Positions 49,709-60,610 are shown, numbered from the stretch's first letter. The stretch: 64,000 nucleotides of DNA from Bacteroidota bacterium (GCA_020832235.1 JAFIEZ010000003.1:76224-140223), one strand, 5' to 3'. Numbers and translations: made by a program. The notes: a model not told the origin generated them from the sequence alone.

Positions 49709-52700
49709 CTAGACTTCCAGCTCTTCAGATTTAGGAAGGGCTACCCAAAATGTTGCGCCCTCGCCGGGTTCACTCTCACACCACACCCTGCCATTCATTG
49801 CTTCGGTAAGTTTCTTAACAATTGACAGACCAAGTCCTGTAGATTGCTCACCCCCGGTAGGCTGCGCACTTAGCTTCTGAAATTTGCCAAAAAGTTTGCG
49901 TTTATCTGTATCACTTATACCTGGGCCATTATCGCATATGCCAACCCAAATCTCAGATGATGTATCAAGCACCGTCAGCGTGATTTGTCCATCAGGAATA
50001 GAGAACTTAATTGCATTAGACATCAAATTAGCAATTACTTGCTCAAACACATTCTCATCCAGTGGCAACTCCGAAATGGCAGGGGGCTTAATTAACCGTA
50101 TGTTGAGCTTTTTACTCTCTGCCTGACTCTGATAATCCACAATTATATTCTGTAGTACAGGTATAATCGATTGCTTGACTTTATTTACCGAGATTTCACC
50201 AGTTTCCAGCGACTGATGGTCAAGTATTCTGCCAATTAAAGCCAACTGTTTATTGATGAACCCCTCTATCATTTCGTGCAGTTCATCAATTTCTGCTCTG
50301 CTCATTTCGGGTGTCATCCGAATAATTTCCATAGCACTCATTATACTCGTTAATGGGCTGCGCAAGTCATGAGCTACAATGCCAATGAGGCTGTTTTTCT
50401 CTTGGTTAATTTTTTCTAGTTGCTCATTCTTTTGAAGCAACTCCCGAGCGCTTTCAAGCAATTGATTTCGTTGTTTCTCAATTTCTACAGTACGCTCCTC
50501 CAGACGTTCAGACTTTTCCTTCAGGGCCTCATTGCTTTCCGTAAGTTCCTGCTGGTTTCGAGCCAGTTCACGTGTTCTGTTACTAACTTCAGCTTCGAGT
50601 AGCTTGTTTCTATCGGCTATGGCAGCTGTTCTCCACTGAATGGTTCCATAAATAGAAAGAGCCAAAAAGACCAATGAAAGCAGGTAAAAAGAAGACGTTT
50701 GCCAGAACGGAGGGGAAATTACGATGGGCAGTGCAACCTCGTGAGTACTCCATACACCATCACTGTTGGTTGCTCTCACCCTGAAGGTATAATTCCCTGG
50801 TGGAATGGCAGAATAAGATACCTGACTACGATTTCCCGTCTTAATCCAGTCATTATCCAGGCCATCTAATTTGTGCATGTAATCAATAATAGATGGGTTT
50901 GTGAAATCTAACGAAGCATAGTTAAACGATAGATAGTTCTGGTAATAACTCAGATCAGCAGCTTTTGTTAGTGGAATAGTTTCTTCAAATAGCCGTAACT
51001 CACTCATTACAACTGGCGGATTGAACGGACTCTCCGTTATATTCTCCGGGTTAAATTGAATGTACCCGTAAATAGAGCCGAAATAAATTAAGTTTGATGG
51101 TGATTTATATCCGGCACCCCACCAGAACTCAGCTATTCCCAAACCGTCACTTTCATTGAAGTTTCTAAATAGCTGTGTCTTAGTATCAAACCTAATCAAA
51201 CCATTATACGTACTTAACCAGACATCACTTCCTGTTCCCGGCACAATTGTAAAAATTACACTGCTGGCCAGGCCGTCTGAATCTGTGATAGTAATAATAC
51301 TACCATCCTGCGGATCCAATCGGCTTAATCCCCCTCCGAATGTGCCTATCCAGATAAAATTATCACGGCACTTATGTAACGACAAGACGTGGTTAGACTC
51401 AATCGCCTTACCAACGGGTGAGTCTATAGATATGGTTTCGTAAGAACCTGTTTTCAGGTCAAAGCGAATTAATCCATTCCAGGTACCAATCCAAAAAATA
51501 TCATCCTCAGACTCCAGAAATGCTGCTGATTGCGTACTGTAATTAAATGTGCCGCCGAGTGCATCCTTGTCAAAAAGTACGCGTGTAAATTTCCCCGAAT
51601 CAATATCAAATAAGTTTAATCCATTTTCTGTGCCAATCCATAACCGCCCTTTAGAGTCGGTATGGATGATTTGAATTCTATTGTCTGAAATGGATGTAGA
51701 GTCTCCTTCTATTGACCGAAATGACGTATGATTTCCATTTGACGGGTTGTAGTAAATTAATCCGCTACCCCAGGTACCGATTAAATACCCTCCCTCGTGC
51801 AGTTTATACATTTCGGTTATACCCGTCTCCGGTTGTTTTCCAGGTAAATTTCGGATGAGACGTATAACGCTGTTAGTATTCGCATCCACTACCGCTATGT
51901 GATTATCGTTGGCTACCCAAAGTTCCTGCTCATTAACCTGAAGAAAACTCCGCACATATCTGTTTTGCAACCTGGTATTGTCATCCGGTTCCGGGGTTAT
52001 ATGAGTGAAGGCATTTCGCCGAAGCAATCGGTGTACTCCTCCATGCTCATTGCCTACCCATAGGATATTGTTTCGATCATGCAGCAAAGCTCTAACCCTA
52101 TCGTTTGATAGAGATTTTAGGTTGTTGGGTTCAAAGCCGTACGTTTCTTTGATATCCATACTTTGGAGTTCAACAATCAAGAGACCGCCATCAGCTGCTG
52201 CCCTTATTACATCATTCACCGGGTCTATCGAAAAGTCATAGACATTGGTGAGTGAGTTGAAAAGTGAAGGGTCTGGAGATGAGAAGGTTTCAGTTTCAGG
52301 ATTAAAACGCGATAAATGTGCCCCAAAACCCCCGATCCATATGTTGCCATATGGGTCTTCAGCTAAAGTTCGTAAACTGTTGCCTAAAAGATTGTTTCCA
52401 CCAAATTCACCAGCAGTATAACTTGCAATTTGCTCATAATTCTCGTTGAGTACAACAATACCGTCTTCTACGGTAGCTATCCAAATTTCACCATTGCTTC
52501 TTTCAAGAATATCAAAGGCAAATAACACATTCCTGTCGCTTTGCTTGGGAATTTCAATAGCGTTAAACGATCTTGTTTCTAAAGAAAACCGATAAATTAC
52601 AGGTTCAATTACGGACCCTATCCAAAGCGAATTATCTGCTCCATTACGTATCCTTCGGAAATCAAAAGAACGATTCGGATCTGGTTTGAAATTCTCAAAA

Positions 52701-53053
52701 TCGTTTGTTTCCGGACGGTACAGACTCAGAGCACCACGTGTACTACCAACCCAGAGATTGCCATGTACATCAATATTCGCCGATTGAATGACATTTGCAG
52801 GCAGACTGTTTGGGTCTTCAGGATTGTGTCGAAAAGTAATTACATCGTTACCATCATACCGCAATAATCCACTATCTGTTGCAAACCAAATAAATCCGGT
52901 AGCATCCTGAACGATTGCATTTATATTCTTTTTGAAAAGCTGAGCATGATCAGTACGATTTACAATATATTCCTGTTGGTGAGTAGACGCTTCAAGTATT
53001 GATACTAGCGTTAGCACCATCAGTATCATCATACTTAATAGCTTCTTAAACAT
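49709..53053 (-). CDS. sensor histidine kinase, paralog of 35143-38487
   Basis: Also 1114 aa with the same domain order. The kinase core is very similar (NQEKNSLIGIVAHDLRSP, EQSTGLGLSIVKK, GEGATFWV). Confidence 0.9.
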   Translation of the reverse strand: MFKKLLSMMILMVLTLVSILEASTHQQEYIVNRTDHAQLFKKNINAIVQDATGFIWFATDSGLLRYDGNDVITFRHNPEDPNSLPANVIQSANIDVHGNLWVGSTRGALSLYRPETNDFENFKPDPNRSFDFRRIRNGADNSLWIGSVIEPVIYRFSLETRSFNAIEIPKQSDRNVLFAFDILERSNGEIWIATVEDGIVVLNENYEQIASYTAGEFGGNNLLGNSLRTLAEDPYGNIWIGGFGAHLSRFNPETETFSSPDPSLFNSLTNVYDFSIDPVNDVIRAAADGGLLIVELQSMDIKETYGFEPNNLKSLSNDRVRALLHDRNNILWVGNEHGGVHRLLRRNAFTHITPEPDDNTRLQNRYVRSFLQVNEQELWVANDNHIAVVDANTNSVIRLIRNLPGKQPETGITEMYKLHEGGYLIGTWGSGLIYYNPSNGNHTSFRSIEGDSTSISDNRIQIIHTDSKGRLWIGTENGLNLFDIDSGKFTRVLFDKDALGGTFNYSTQSAAFLESEDDIFWIGTWNGLIRFDLKTGSYETISIDSPVGKAIESNHVLSLHKCRDNFIWIGTFGGGLSRLDPQDGSIITITDSDGLASSVIFTIVPGTGSDVWLSTYNGLIRFDTKTQLFRNFNESDGLGIAEFWWGAGYKSPSNLIYFGSIYGYIQFNPENITESPFNPPVVMSELRLFEETIPLTKAADLSYYQNYLSFNYASLDFTNPSIIDYMHKLDGLDNDWIKTGNRSQVSYSAIPPGNYTFRVRATNSDGVWSTHEVALPIVISPPFWQTSSFYLLSLVFLALSIYGTIQWRTAAIADRNKLLEAEVSNRTRELARNQQELTESNEALKEKSERLEERTVEIEKQRNQLLESARELLQKNEQLEKINQEKNSLIGIVAHDLRSPLTSIMSAMEIIRMTPEMSRAEIDELHEMIEGFINKQLALIGRILDHQSLETGEISVNKVKQSIIPVLQNIIVDYQSQAESKKLNIRLIKPPAISELPLDENVFEQVIANLMSNAIKFSIPDGQITLTVLDTSSEIWVGICDNGPGISDTDKRKLFGKFQKLSAQPTGGEQSTGLGLSIVKKLTEAMNGRVWCESEPGEGATFWVALPKSEELEV

Positions 53054-53171
53054 GCTCTAGAAATACCTCTTCCAAATAATAAATTACCATCAAAGTTATC
53101 GTCACCCACAGCAACAGCTTAATATAGTGATTTAAACCGATTCAAACGATTACACTAGGTGGAGGTTCTGG

Positions 53172-54440
53172 TTAATCAAAGTCGCGGATGTTCAATTCGG
53201 ATGAACCCCGATTCTGCTGCAGCCTTCTTGCTACTTCCTCTGCTTCTCGCATTACCCTAAGTACGTTTAGTCCAGCAATTTTTTTCAAATCATCTTCTGT
53301 GTAGCCCCTGCGCAGCAGCTCTGCAAAGAGGTCTGGATAAGTAGTTACATCCTCAAGTCCTGCCGGCAGCAACGAGATTCCATCATAGTCACCACCTATG
53401 CCAATATGATCTACTCCAATTCGGTCGCGGATGTAGTCGATATGATCAGCTACATGCTCAAGAGTTGCAACAGGAGGTGGATTCTGCTGTTGCCATTTGC
53501 GCATGTACACTTGCACACTGTCGGGTTGACCGGTATAAAAATACTGCAGCTCGGCTCTTTGTGCATTTTGTGCGGCAATATGTTCGTGCAGAGGTTGGTA
53601 CAAAAATGCAGGTATAAACGTTACCATAACCACACCATTATTTTCCTTTGTAAGGTCCAATACATCATCTGGTACATTTCGTGGGTGCATGTTTAATCCC
53701 ATAGCTGAGGAATGCGAAAAGATGACAGGCGCCTGTGTTACAGCCAGCGCATCGCGCATAGTTTGGGCAGAAACGTGCGATAAATCAACCAACATCCCAA
53801 GTCGATTCATTTCCCGAATTACCTCCTCGCCAAATCCTGTTAAACCATCGTGTTTTGGGGTATCGGTGGCAGAGTCGGCCCAATCCAGCGTTCTGGAGTG
53901 CGTGATGGTCATATATCGTGCTCCGAGATTGTAAAACATCCGTAATACAGCCAACGAATTGCCTATGGAATGCCCACCCTCCATACCGATTAAAGAAGCA
54001 ATTTTCCCATCGGCAAATATGCGCTCTACATCATCGGCCGTGAGAGCCAGTTCAAAGTGGTCTGGATAACGCTCAATCATTCGGTATACAAAGTCAATCT
54101 GTTCCAGAGTAGCTTGAACTGATTCGGCTTCTGGCACATTAGGCGATACATACACCGACCAAAATTGTCCGCCAACACGGCCTTCCCGTAGTCTGGGAAT
54201 ATCCGTGTGCATCATGCGATTCAGCGAGGTGGTATTCATGAAATCCAACAGGTCAAATTTATAATCGGCCCGCATCCGGTACTGAATGGGTACGTCATTG
54301 TGCCCGTCTATGAGCGGTACGGACTCAAGAATTCGGATGGCCTGATCGCGGAATGCATCTCGTTCTTGATGCTGTGATATTGCATAATCAAAGGGTGTTA
54401 AGAAAAGCAGTAGGACAAAAAAAGCGACGTAAGATTTCAT
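53172..54440 (-). CDS. membrane dipeptidase (peptidase M19)
   Basis: DGHNDVP and GGDYDG motifs. ATG 54440 gives the signal peptide [14 protein letters not shown]; the tracked ORF extends to 54557. Confidence 0.85.
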   Translation of the reverse strand: MKSYVAFFVLLLFLTPFDYAISQHQERDAFRDQAIRILESVPLIDGHNDVPIQYRMRADYKFDLLDFMNTTSLNRMMHTDIPRLREGRVGGQFWSVYVSPNVPEAESVQATLEQIDFVYRMIERYPDHFELALTADDVERIFADGKIASLIGMEGGHSIGNSLAVLRMFYNLGARYMTITHSRTLDWADSATDTPKHDGLTGFGEEVIREMNRLGMLVDLSHVSAQTMRDALAVTQAPVIFSHSSAMGLNMHPRNVPDDVLDLTKENNGVVMVTFIPAFLYQPLHEHIAAQNAQRAELQYFYTGQPDSVQVYMRKWQQQNPPPVATLEHVADHIDYIRDRIGVDHIGIGGDYDGISLLPAGLEDVTTYPDLFAELLRRGYTEDDLKKIAGLNVLRVMREAEEVARRLQQNRGSSELNIRDFD

Positions 54441-54578
54441 TTGAGCAAAATTTAGTTTCTTGATTACCTCACAAAATATAGAATTGCAATGATTCAGCAA
54501 GTTTTTTTCTGAGATACTCTGCAATGGAATTGCTATCATCAGTAAACTATCGGACACTCACAGCTTTTTAATCTTTAC

Positions 54579-55868
54579 ATGGATCTGACGTTTCTTGCCG
54601 CCGCCGATTTACATCTTGGGAAGGCTTCTTCAGGAGCAAAACGAAATGCAACTGTAAGCTTCAGTTGGGCACCACAGCCAATATCTGCTGCATCAGCGAC
54701 TGCAGCCTGGTTTCGGATTGTAGAAACCGCGATTGATCGTAAGGTTAACGCTGTGCTGCTGGCAGGAGACCTTGTCGATCGCGATAATCATTTTTTCGAG
54801 GCAAGATCGGCATTACTGTCAGGGTTTAACCGCCTGGCTGCGTTTGATATTCCAGCTGTTGTCGTTGCCGGAAACCATGATGCGCAGGTACTCCCAGAAG
54901 TGTTGGCAACAAATAATCTGCCCAATGTTCATCTGCTGGGTCCCAGTGGTAAGTGGACTGAAAAAGTACTCCGTTTTGGTGAGCACAATATCGGATTTGT
55001 CGGCTGGTCGTTTCCGGGTCAGCATGCCAGGTTCGATCCCTTCGCTAAATTTGACCTGCCCCCAGCTGCACACCCTCGTGTAGGCCTGCTACATTGCGAC
55101 TTTGGCGTTACGCAAAGTTTGTACGGTCCTGTGAGTCAATCTTCGCTTCAGCATGGCGACGTGAGCTGCTGGGTGCTCGGTCACATTCACAAGCCAATGC
55201 AGGTGAGTAATATACCCCTGAGCTTTTATCCGGGTTCACCTCAGGCACTTAGTGCCAAAGAACAAGGTGCACATGGATGTGTACTTATTCATATGAATGA
55301 CATATCATTGGAAGACATTGTGTTATCTAGTGTTATTTACGAAAGTCTCGAGGTAAATCTGACAGGATGTGCATCCAATTTAGATGCGCAGGTTCGTTTG
55401 CTTGATGAACTGAACAGGCTGATTGACGTCAGTGATGAAACTACGCAGGAACGTATTATTGATCTGGTGTGGACAGGGGAGCTTGAAAATCCGGCCGCGG
55501 CATCCGACTGGTTGCCCGACCCGCCGGGGTTGATGAACGATGTTCAGGTTACCATAAGAACTGTTTCAAATCAATGCACCATCCCGCTACCAGACTTGAA
55601 AGAACTCGCCAGCGAGGCAGGACCGGTCTCGGTTTTAGCAAATGCCATTTTAGATTTAACGGAAGGGCGCAATACCCCGTTTTTGAAACGATTGAAAGAC
55701 TCGGCAACTGTGGAAGTGCGCAAACTCAACTCTCAAACTTCCTTTGGTCCAATTCGTAAGGATGGTGTTTTACAGGAAAGTGATTCAGTTGAACTTGATA
55801 AGATGCTGATACATGAATGTCGTGCTCTGTTGTCATCCCTTATTTTAACCAGGAGGACTGAGGGATGA
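54579..55868 (+). CDS. Mre11/SbcD-like metallophosphoesterase (DNA repair exonuclease family)
   Basis: 429 aa. Complete calcineurin-like motif set: ADLHLG, AGDLVDRDN, VAGNHDA, LLHCD, LGHIHKP. The C-terminal 200 aa or so are unassigned. Confidence 0.8.
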   Translation: MDLTFLAAADLHLGKASSGAKRNATVSFSWAPQPISAASATAAWFRIVETAIDRKVNAVLLAGDLVDRDNHFFEARSALLSGFNRLAAFDIPAVVVAGNHDAQVLPEVLATNNLPNVHLLGPSGKWTEKVLRFGEHNIGFVGWSFPGQHARFDPFAKFDLPPAAHPRVGLLHCDFGVTQSLYGPVSQSSLQHGDVSCWVLGHIHKPMQVSNIPLSFYPGSPQALSAKEQGAHGCVLIHMNDISLEDIVLSSVIYESLEVNLTGCASNLDAQVRLLDELNRLIDVSDETTQERIIDLVWTGELENPAAASDWLPDPPGLMNDVQVTIRTVSNQCTIPLPDLKELASEAGPVSVLANAILDLTEGRNTPFLKRLKDSATVEVRKLNSQTSFGPIRKDGVLQESDSVELDKMLIHECRALLSSLILTRRTEG

Positions 55869-58800
55869 ACAGGCTAAGAAAACCGATACGTTATCAGCAG
55901 ATGGTGGTTCGTAGAGCTCCCGGATTCCCTGGTGGGATGGATCCGTTGCAAAATTTAGATGCTTCTGTAGTTATAATAACAGGCGCTAACGGCTCAGGTA
56001 AGAGTACAACGGCCAGAGTTATTCAGGAAGTGCTGTCACCTGAAAAACGTTCAGAAACAGAATTTACTTGTAGTTTTGATAAAGACGGTGAGCTCTGGAC
56101 GGTCGAAAAATCAGCAGGTCAGACAAAATGGTTGCGCAATGGTGAAAATGCTGAGCCGGACTTTCTGCCATCCGCAGCGCATCGATCCCATTACATGTTT
56201 GCTATGCATGATCTGCTTCTGAGCGAAGACACAGACCTTGCACGGGTTATCTATGATGCCTCAATCGGTGGGTTCAACATTGAACAGGCATCTAAAGACC
56301 TGAAATACTCGGGTGTTGGTAATAACACCCGAATCACCGAATTCAATCAATATACTGAACTAGAAAAAGCTGCTCAAAAAGCTAAAGATGACCATCGATT
56401 GGTCAAGGAGCGAGAAGCGAATCTCAAATCGCTTGAACAAAAAAGGCAGGAAGGAATCAAGGCCAGGGTTTATCGCGACTATTACAGTCGTGTACTGCAG
56501 TGGGTCGATAAAAAAAATGAATATCGTTTAGCCGAAGATACCTTAAATACTTTCTCTGATAACATTAAGTACGTACAGGAAGGTGATACCGAAAGATGCC
56601 GTTCACTTCAGAAACGCATTGAAGAACTGCATAATAAAATTAAACAGGTTGAACTCGAAATCCAGACATTGGAATCTCAACGCAGTGTCCTGCGAAATAC
56701 AGACCCTGAGCAAGTAGAGAAAGACAGGCGATTGCTCAATCAGCTTCATGCTTCTTATGAAAGCATAACGAGTGAAAAAAATCGTCAGATGGAACAAATT
56801 GAAGCTAAAGTAGCCGAGATAGAGGCGCTTAAACGCTACGTTGGCGATCCAGTCGTGGGAGATAACTCACCAGACCTGGTGAAACTCGAAATGTTGTACC
56901 GAAAATGCCTGTCAGCCGAAGAACAACTCAATTTGCTGTTGACAAGAATTACACACTACCAGGCTGAAGTATCGAAAGAGCTCAATCACACTACATCTGA
57001 GCTAACTGAAGGCATACTTTCTCTTTCGGCCTGGCTTAGGGAGCCTGCCCAACCCAAGCCTACAAAAGTCTCTTTTTGGCCCTGGGTGCTGGCTTCACTA
57101 GCTCTTGTTGCCGGCCTTGCCGGATGGCTAATTGGATTACCAGCTGTTATAATTGGTCTCGCGGCTTTTATCTTGGCTTGGCTGGTTAAACGGCACCAGA
57201 ATACGCAGCTAACTACCCAGCCGGGCGAACATCGCCGTCAAGATTATCAGAACTCAAAACTTCCGCAACCAGAGACTTGGTCTGTCTCTGAAGTCACGAA
57301 ATTGTTAACGGAGTTACAGCATTCGTTACAATCCGCTCACCAGAAACAAAAAAGCGAAGAACAGTTGTCTGAGGCGCAGCGTCAGTACAAAATGGTCGAA
57401 AGTACACTTCATGTAGACCGAAAACAATTAATGAGTTTTGGGGAATCCTGTGGCTTAGACACCAGCCAGATTCAGGACCCCGGATCTTTGTATCAATTTA
57501 TGCGCTATTATGCCAATCTAATCACAGCATCGGCATCATTATCGGGGTACAGAGCTTCTGTTGAACACACTAACGCAAAACTCTCCGAAGTGCAGGCGAA
57601 TCTTACGAAGGTTTTTGCCTCTTATTCCCGACCAGAACATTTTTCAAATACAGACCGGCTTATCGCAGAAATTCACACACTAGCGGAAGAAATGCAGACC
57701 TATCTCAAGGCATCAGCAGAGCTCAGGCACAAAACGGATATCAGCAGGCGCTATAAAGATGATATTGATCAAGCTGAAAGAGAGCTGGAGGAATTGCTGA
57801 AGCGCACAGGCCTGACACCCGAGCAGAGTAGCTTACTGGCCGAACTGGAGTCTGTAAAACCATCTTATCTTAACGCGACGCTGAATTTCAGCAGCCTTGA
57901 TCGCCAACTGAATCAGTTAAAAAAAGACATCACGGAAGATCCTGCATTCGAGCATCATACGATTGATTTCAATTCAATTGATCTGGAACAGATTAAACAA
58001 AAAATCGAACATTACAACGTAGTGCTATCCGACTACGATGCTATAGTAGAAGAAATCGGCGGTATAAACGCTGATGTGAGAAAACTAATGCAGGGAAATA
58101 ATCTTGAAAATGTACTCACCCGATCTGAAGAAGCTCGAGACCAAATAAAAGTTGCTTACCATACAAAGTTGAGATCTGTTTTGGGAAATACGTTGGTCAA
58201 TGAACTTCAGCAGGAGTTGGGTAAAACCAGTGTTCCGGAGGTGATGCATTCTGCTCGACAGTTATTCTCCAGAATCACTAACGGCAGATACCAGTTGGAG
58301 ATTACCAATAAAGGTTCTGACGGATTCAAGGCATTTGACTCCCTTACCCGTTCATTCAAGTTTCTGGCGGAGCTCTCCAGCGGTACGCGCATTCAGCTTT
58401 TACTTTCTGTACGCCTTGCATTCCTTGAAGTGCAGGAAAAGCATGTGAAGTATCCGTTACTAGCCGACGAACTTTTGGCAAACAGCGATGATATTCGTGC
58501 AGAGGCCGTAATTGATACGTTGTTGAATGTAGCCGAAAACGGTCGACAAGTATTCTACTTTACGGCACAATCTGACGAAATATCGAAATGGCAACATAAA
58601 TTCAAGGACTCTGTATCTACGCGTGTTATAGCATTGGGGGAGGATATGAAATCAACCTTCATCTCAGTGAAAAAGCCATCTGTACCGTTGTTGCACAGAA
58701 AGTTACCAGATGCAGCATTATCCTACGATGCGTACCTTCAAGAACTAAATCCTCCAAAATTTGATCTGATTTATGATGAACCAGACTCAATTCAACTGGT

Positions 58801-59329
58801 GTATGTTGTAACCGAAACCAAGCTGCTTCATGCATTTCTCACCAACCATATCAACTATTGGTCGCAGCTGCAGAACTTAATTCAAAGTGGTAATACACCC
58901 AACTATCTTGACGACGAGAACGTAAGGTATATAATGCTCAGGGTAATGGCTATTAAAGAGGCTGCCGAATTGATTCGCATCGGAAGGCCCCGACCAATCG
59001 GTTATCGCGAAATTGAAGAATCGGGTGCAGTTAGTCCAACTTTTATGAGCCAGGTCATCGATTTACTTCAGCTTGAGTGTGATCACAACCCTGAAGTACT
59101 TATTGCCAGGCTCAGAGATAAAGCTGTTTCTAACTTTAAGCAGACAAAGATCGACCAGCTTGAAGAGTTTTTGCTTGATGGTGGCTACCTTACCTCAGAA
59201 CAGCCTTTAAATAATGATGAATATCGTCAGCGTATGAGTCAATGGCTTCAACGCAACGAGATCAGTTTTGATGAATTTGACCAACTAATGGAAAGAATTT
59301 CGGAAAATGTTAAAGTAGGCAAGCCATGA
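55865..59329 (+). CDS. Rad50/SbcC/YhaN-like SMC-type ATPase with internal TM hairpin and C-terminal extension
   Basis: 1154 aa. Walker A GANGSGKST, long heptad-rich regions, signature-like LSSGTRIQLLLSVRLAF, Walker B PLLADELLANSD. Two hydrophobic helices at residues about 402-441. ATGA overlaps on both sides. Confidence 0.75.
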   Translation: MNRLRKPIRYQQMVVRRAPGFPGGMDPLQNLDASVVIITGANGSGKSTTARVIQEVLSPEKRSETEFTCSFDKDGELWTVEKSAGQTKWLRNGENAEPDFLPSAAHRSHYMFAMHDLLLSEDTDLARVIYDASIGGFNIEQASKDLKYSGVGNNTRITEFNQYTELEKAAQKAKDDHRLVKEREANLKSLEQKRQEGIKARVYRDYYSRVLQWVDKKNEYRLAEDTLNTFSDNIKYVQEGDTERCRSLQKRIEELHNKIKQVELEIQTLESQRSVLRNTDPEQVEKDRRLLNQLHASYESITSEKNRQMEQIEAKVAEIEALKRYVGDPVVGDNSPDLVKLEMLYRKCLSAEEQLNLLLTRITHYQAEVSKELNHTTSELTEGILSLSAWLREPAQPKPTKVSFWPWVLASLALVAGLAGWLIGLPAVIIGLAAFILAWLVKRHQNTQLTTQPGEHRRQDYQNSKLPQPETWSVSEVTKLLTELQHSLQSAHQKQKSEEQLSEAQRQYKMVESTLHVDRKQLMSFGESCGLDTSQIQDPGSLYQFMRYYANLITASASLSGYRASVEHTNAKLSEVQANLTKVFASYSRPEHFSNTDRLIAEIHTLAEEMQTYLKASAELRHKTDISRRYKDDIDQAERELEELLKRTGLTPEQSSLLAELESVKPSYLNATLNFSSLDRQLNQLKKDITEDPAFEHHTIDFNSIDLEQIKQKIEHYNVVLSDYDAIVEEIGGINADVRKLMQGNNLENVLTRSEEARDQIKVAYHTKLRSVLGNTLVNELQQELGKTSVPEVMHSARQLFSRITNGRYQLEITNKGSDGFKAFDSLTRSFKFLAELSSGTRIQLLLSVRLAFLEVQEKHVKYPLLADELLANSDDIRAEAVIDTLLNVAENGRQVFYFTAQSDEISKWQHKFKDSVSTRVIALGEDMKSTFISVKKPSVPLLHRKLPDAALSYDAYLQELNPPKFDLIYDEPDSIQLVYVVTETKLLHAFLTNHINYWSQLQNLIQSGNTPNYLDDENVRYIMLRVMAIKEAAELIRIGRPRPIGYREIEESGAVSPTFMSQVIDLLQLECDHNPEVLIARLRDKAVSNFKQTKIDQLEEFLLDGGYLTSEQPLNNDEYRQRMSQWLQRNEISFDEFDQLMERISENVKVGKP

Positions 59330-60609
59330 GCAAAACAACAATGAAATCAATCACCCTGGCTATTATTTTTATTAGCCTGAACGCTCTGCAAATGTATGCT
59401 CAGGTTCCATTTTTAATGGTACAACCTGAGGAAGTCGGCATATCATCAGAAAGGCTTCAGCGTCTTGATGATATGCTACGTGATTATGCAAACCAACAAC
59501 GAGTAGCGGGATCGGTAACGCTCATTCTACGCGACGGTCGGGCCGTTTATTTTGAAGCATCGGGCTACAAAGATGTGGAAAATAAGGTGCCTATGACAAG
59601 AGATGCCCTGTTTCGAATAGCTTCTCAAACCAAAGCCATTGTGAGCGCAGGGGTGATGATTCTGCAGGAACAGGGAAAAATTCTGATTTCCGATCCTGTT
59701 GGTAATTATTTGCCGGAATTTCTCGAAACCACCGTAGCTATAAGAAGTCCGGTAGATGAATCCTACGAAATTGTTCCGGCAAATCGTCCCATCACTATTC
59801 GTGACTTACTGACGCACACAGCGGGAATCAGCTACGGATATGGAATTGCATCGGATAGATGGCGTGAAGCCGGAATTCAGGGCTGGTATCTCGCCGATAG
59901 AGACGAGCCGATACGCGAAATAGTTCGGCGTATAGCTGAACTCCCAATGGATGCACAACCGGGCGAACGATTCGTATATGGATATGCAACGGATATACTG
60001 GGTGCATTAATTGAGGTAGTGAGCGGCCAAACATTGGACCATTTCTTGGAGGAAGAAATATTTACTCCCTTGCAGATGAAGGATACACATTTCTTTATAC
60101 CGCCTCATAAAGCTGATAGAATGACCGTTGTTTATTCTGCAACCAGCGAACGGGGAATTAAAAGGGCTCCAGATCCGGGAGACGGTACCGGCCAGGGACA
60201 CTATATCGATGGGCCTGCGCATGCTTTATCAGGGGGTGCCGGTCTTGTATCAACCGCGGAAGACTATGCGCGTTTTCTACAGATGATGCTAAATGGAGGG
60301 ATATTAAACGGAGTTAGAATTCTAAGTCCTACAACCGTTGAGCTTATGACCGTAAACCACTTGAAGGATATTCAATTTCGACCGGGAGAAGGTGTTGGGC
60401 TCGGTTTTGACGTGGTGACAAATCTAGGTTACAGAGGCAGACCGGGAGCAATCGGTGATTTCGGGTGGGGAGGTGCATATCATACTACGTACTGGGTGAG
60501 CCCTCAGGATGCGCTTGTGGTTGTTTTCTTTACCCAATTAAGACCGTCAGCCGGATCTGACATTCATGGCAAACTTCGAACACTGTTGTATCAGGCGATA
60601 ATAGATTAA
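59326..60609 (+). CDS. secreted serine hydrolase (beta-lactamase / class C PBP-like family)
   Basis: 427 aa. Signal peptide, SxxK motif (ASQTK), YGY and GWGG regions typical of the beta-lactamase fold. Confidence 0.8.
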   Translation: MSKTTMKSITLAIIFISLNALQMYAQVPFLMVQPEEVGISSERLQRLDDMLRDYANQQRVAGSVTLILRDGRAVYFEASGYKDVENKVPMTRDALFRIASQTKAIVSAGVMILQEQGKILISDPVGNYLPEFLETTVAIRSPVDESYEIVPANRPITIRDLLTHTAGISYGYGIASDRWREAGIQGWYLADRDEPIREIVRRIAELPMDAQPGERFVYGYATDILGALIEVVSGQTLDHFLEEEIFTPLQMKDTHFFIPPHKADRMTVVYSATSERGIKRAPDPGDGTGQGHYIDGPAHALSGGAGLVSTAEDYARFLQMMLNGGILNGVRILSPTTVELMTVNHLKDIQFRPGEGVGLGFDVVTNLGYRGRPGAIGDFGWGGAYHTTYWVSPQDALVVVFFTQLRPSAGSDIHGKLRTLLYQAIID

Positions 60610-60610
60610 C

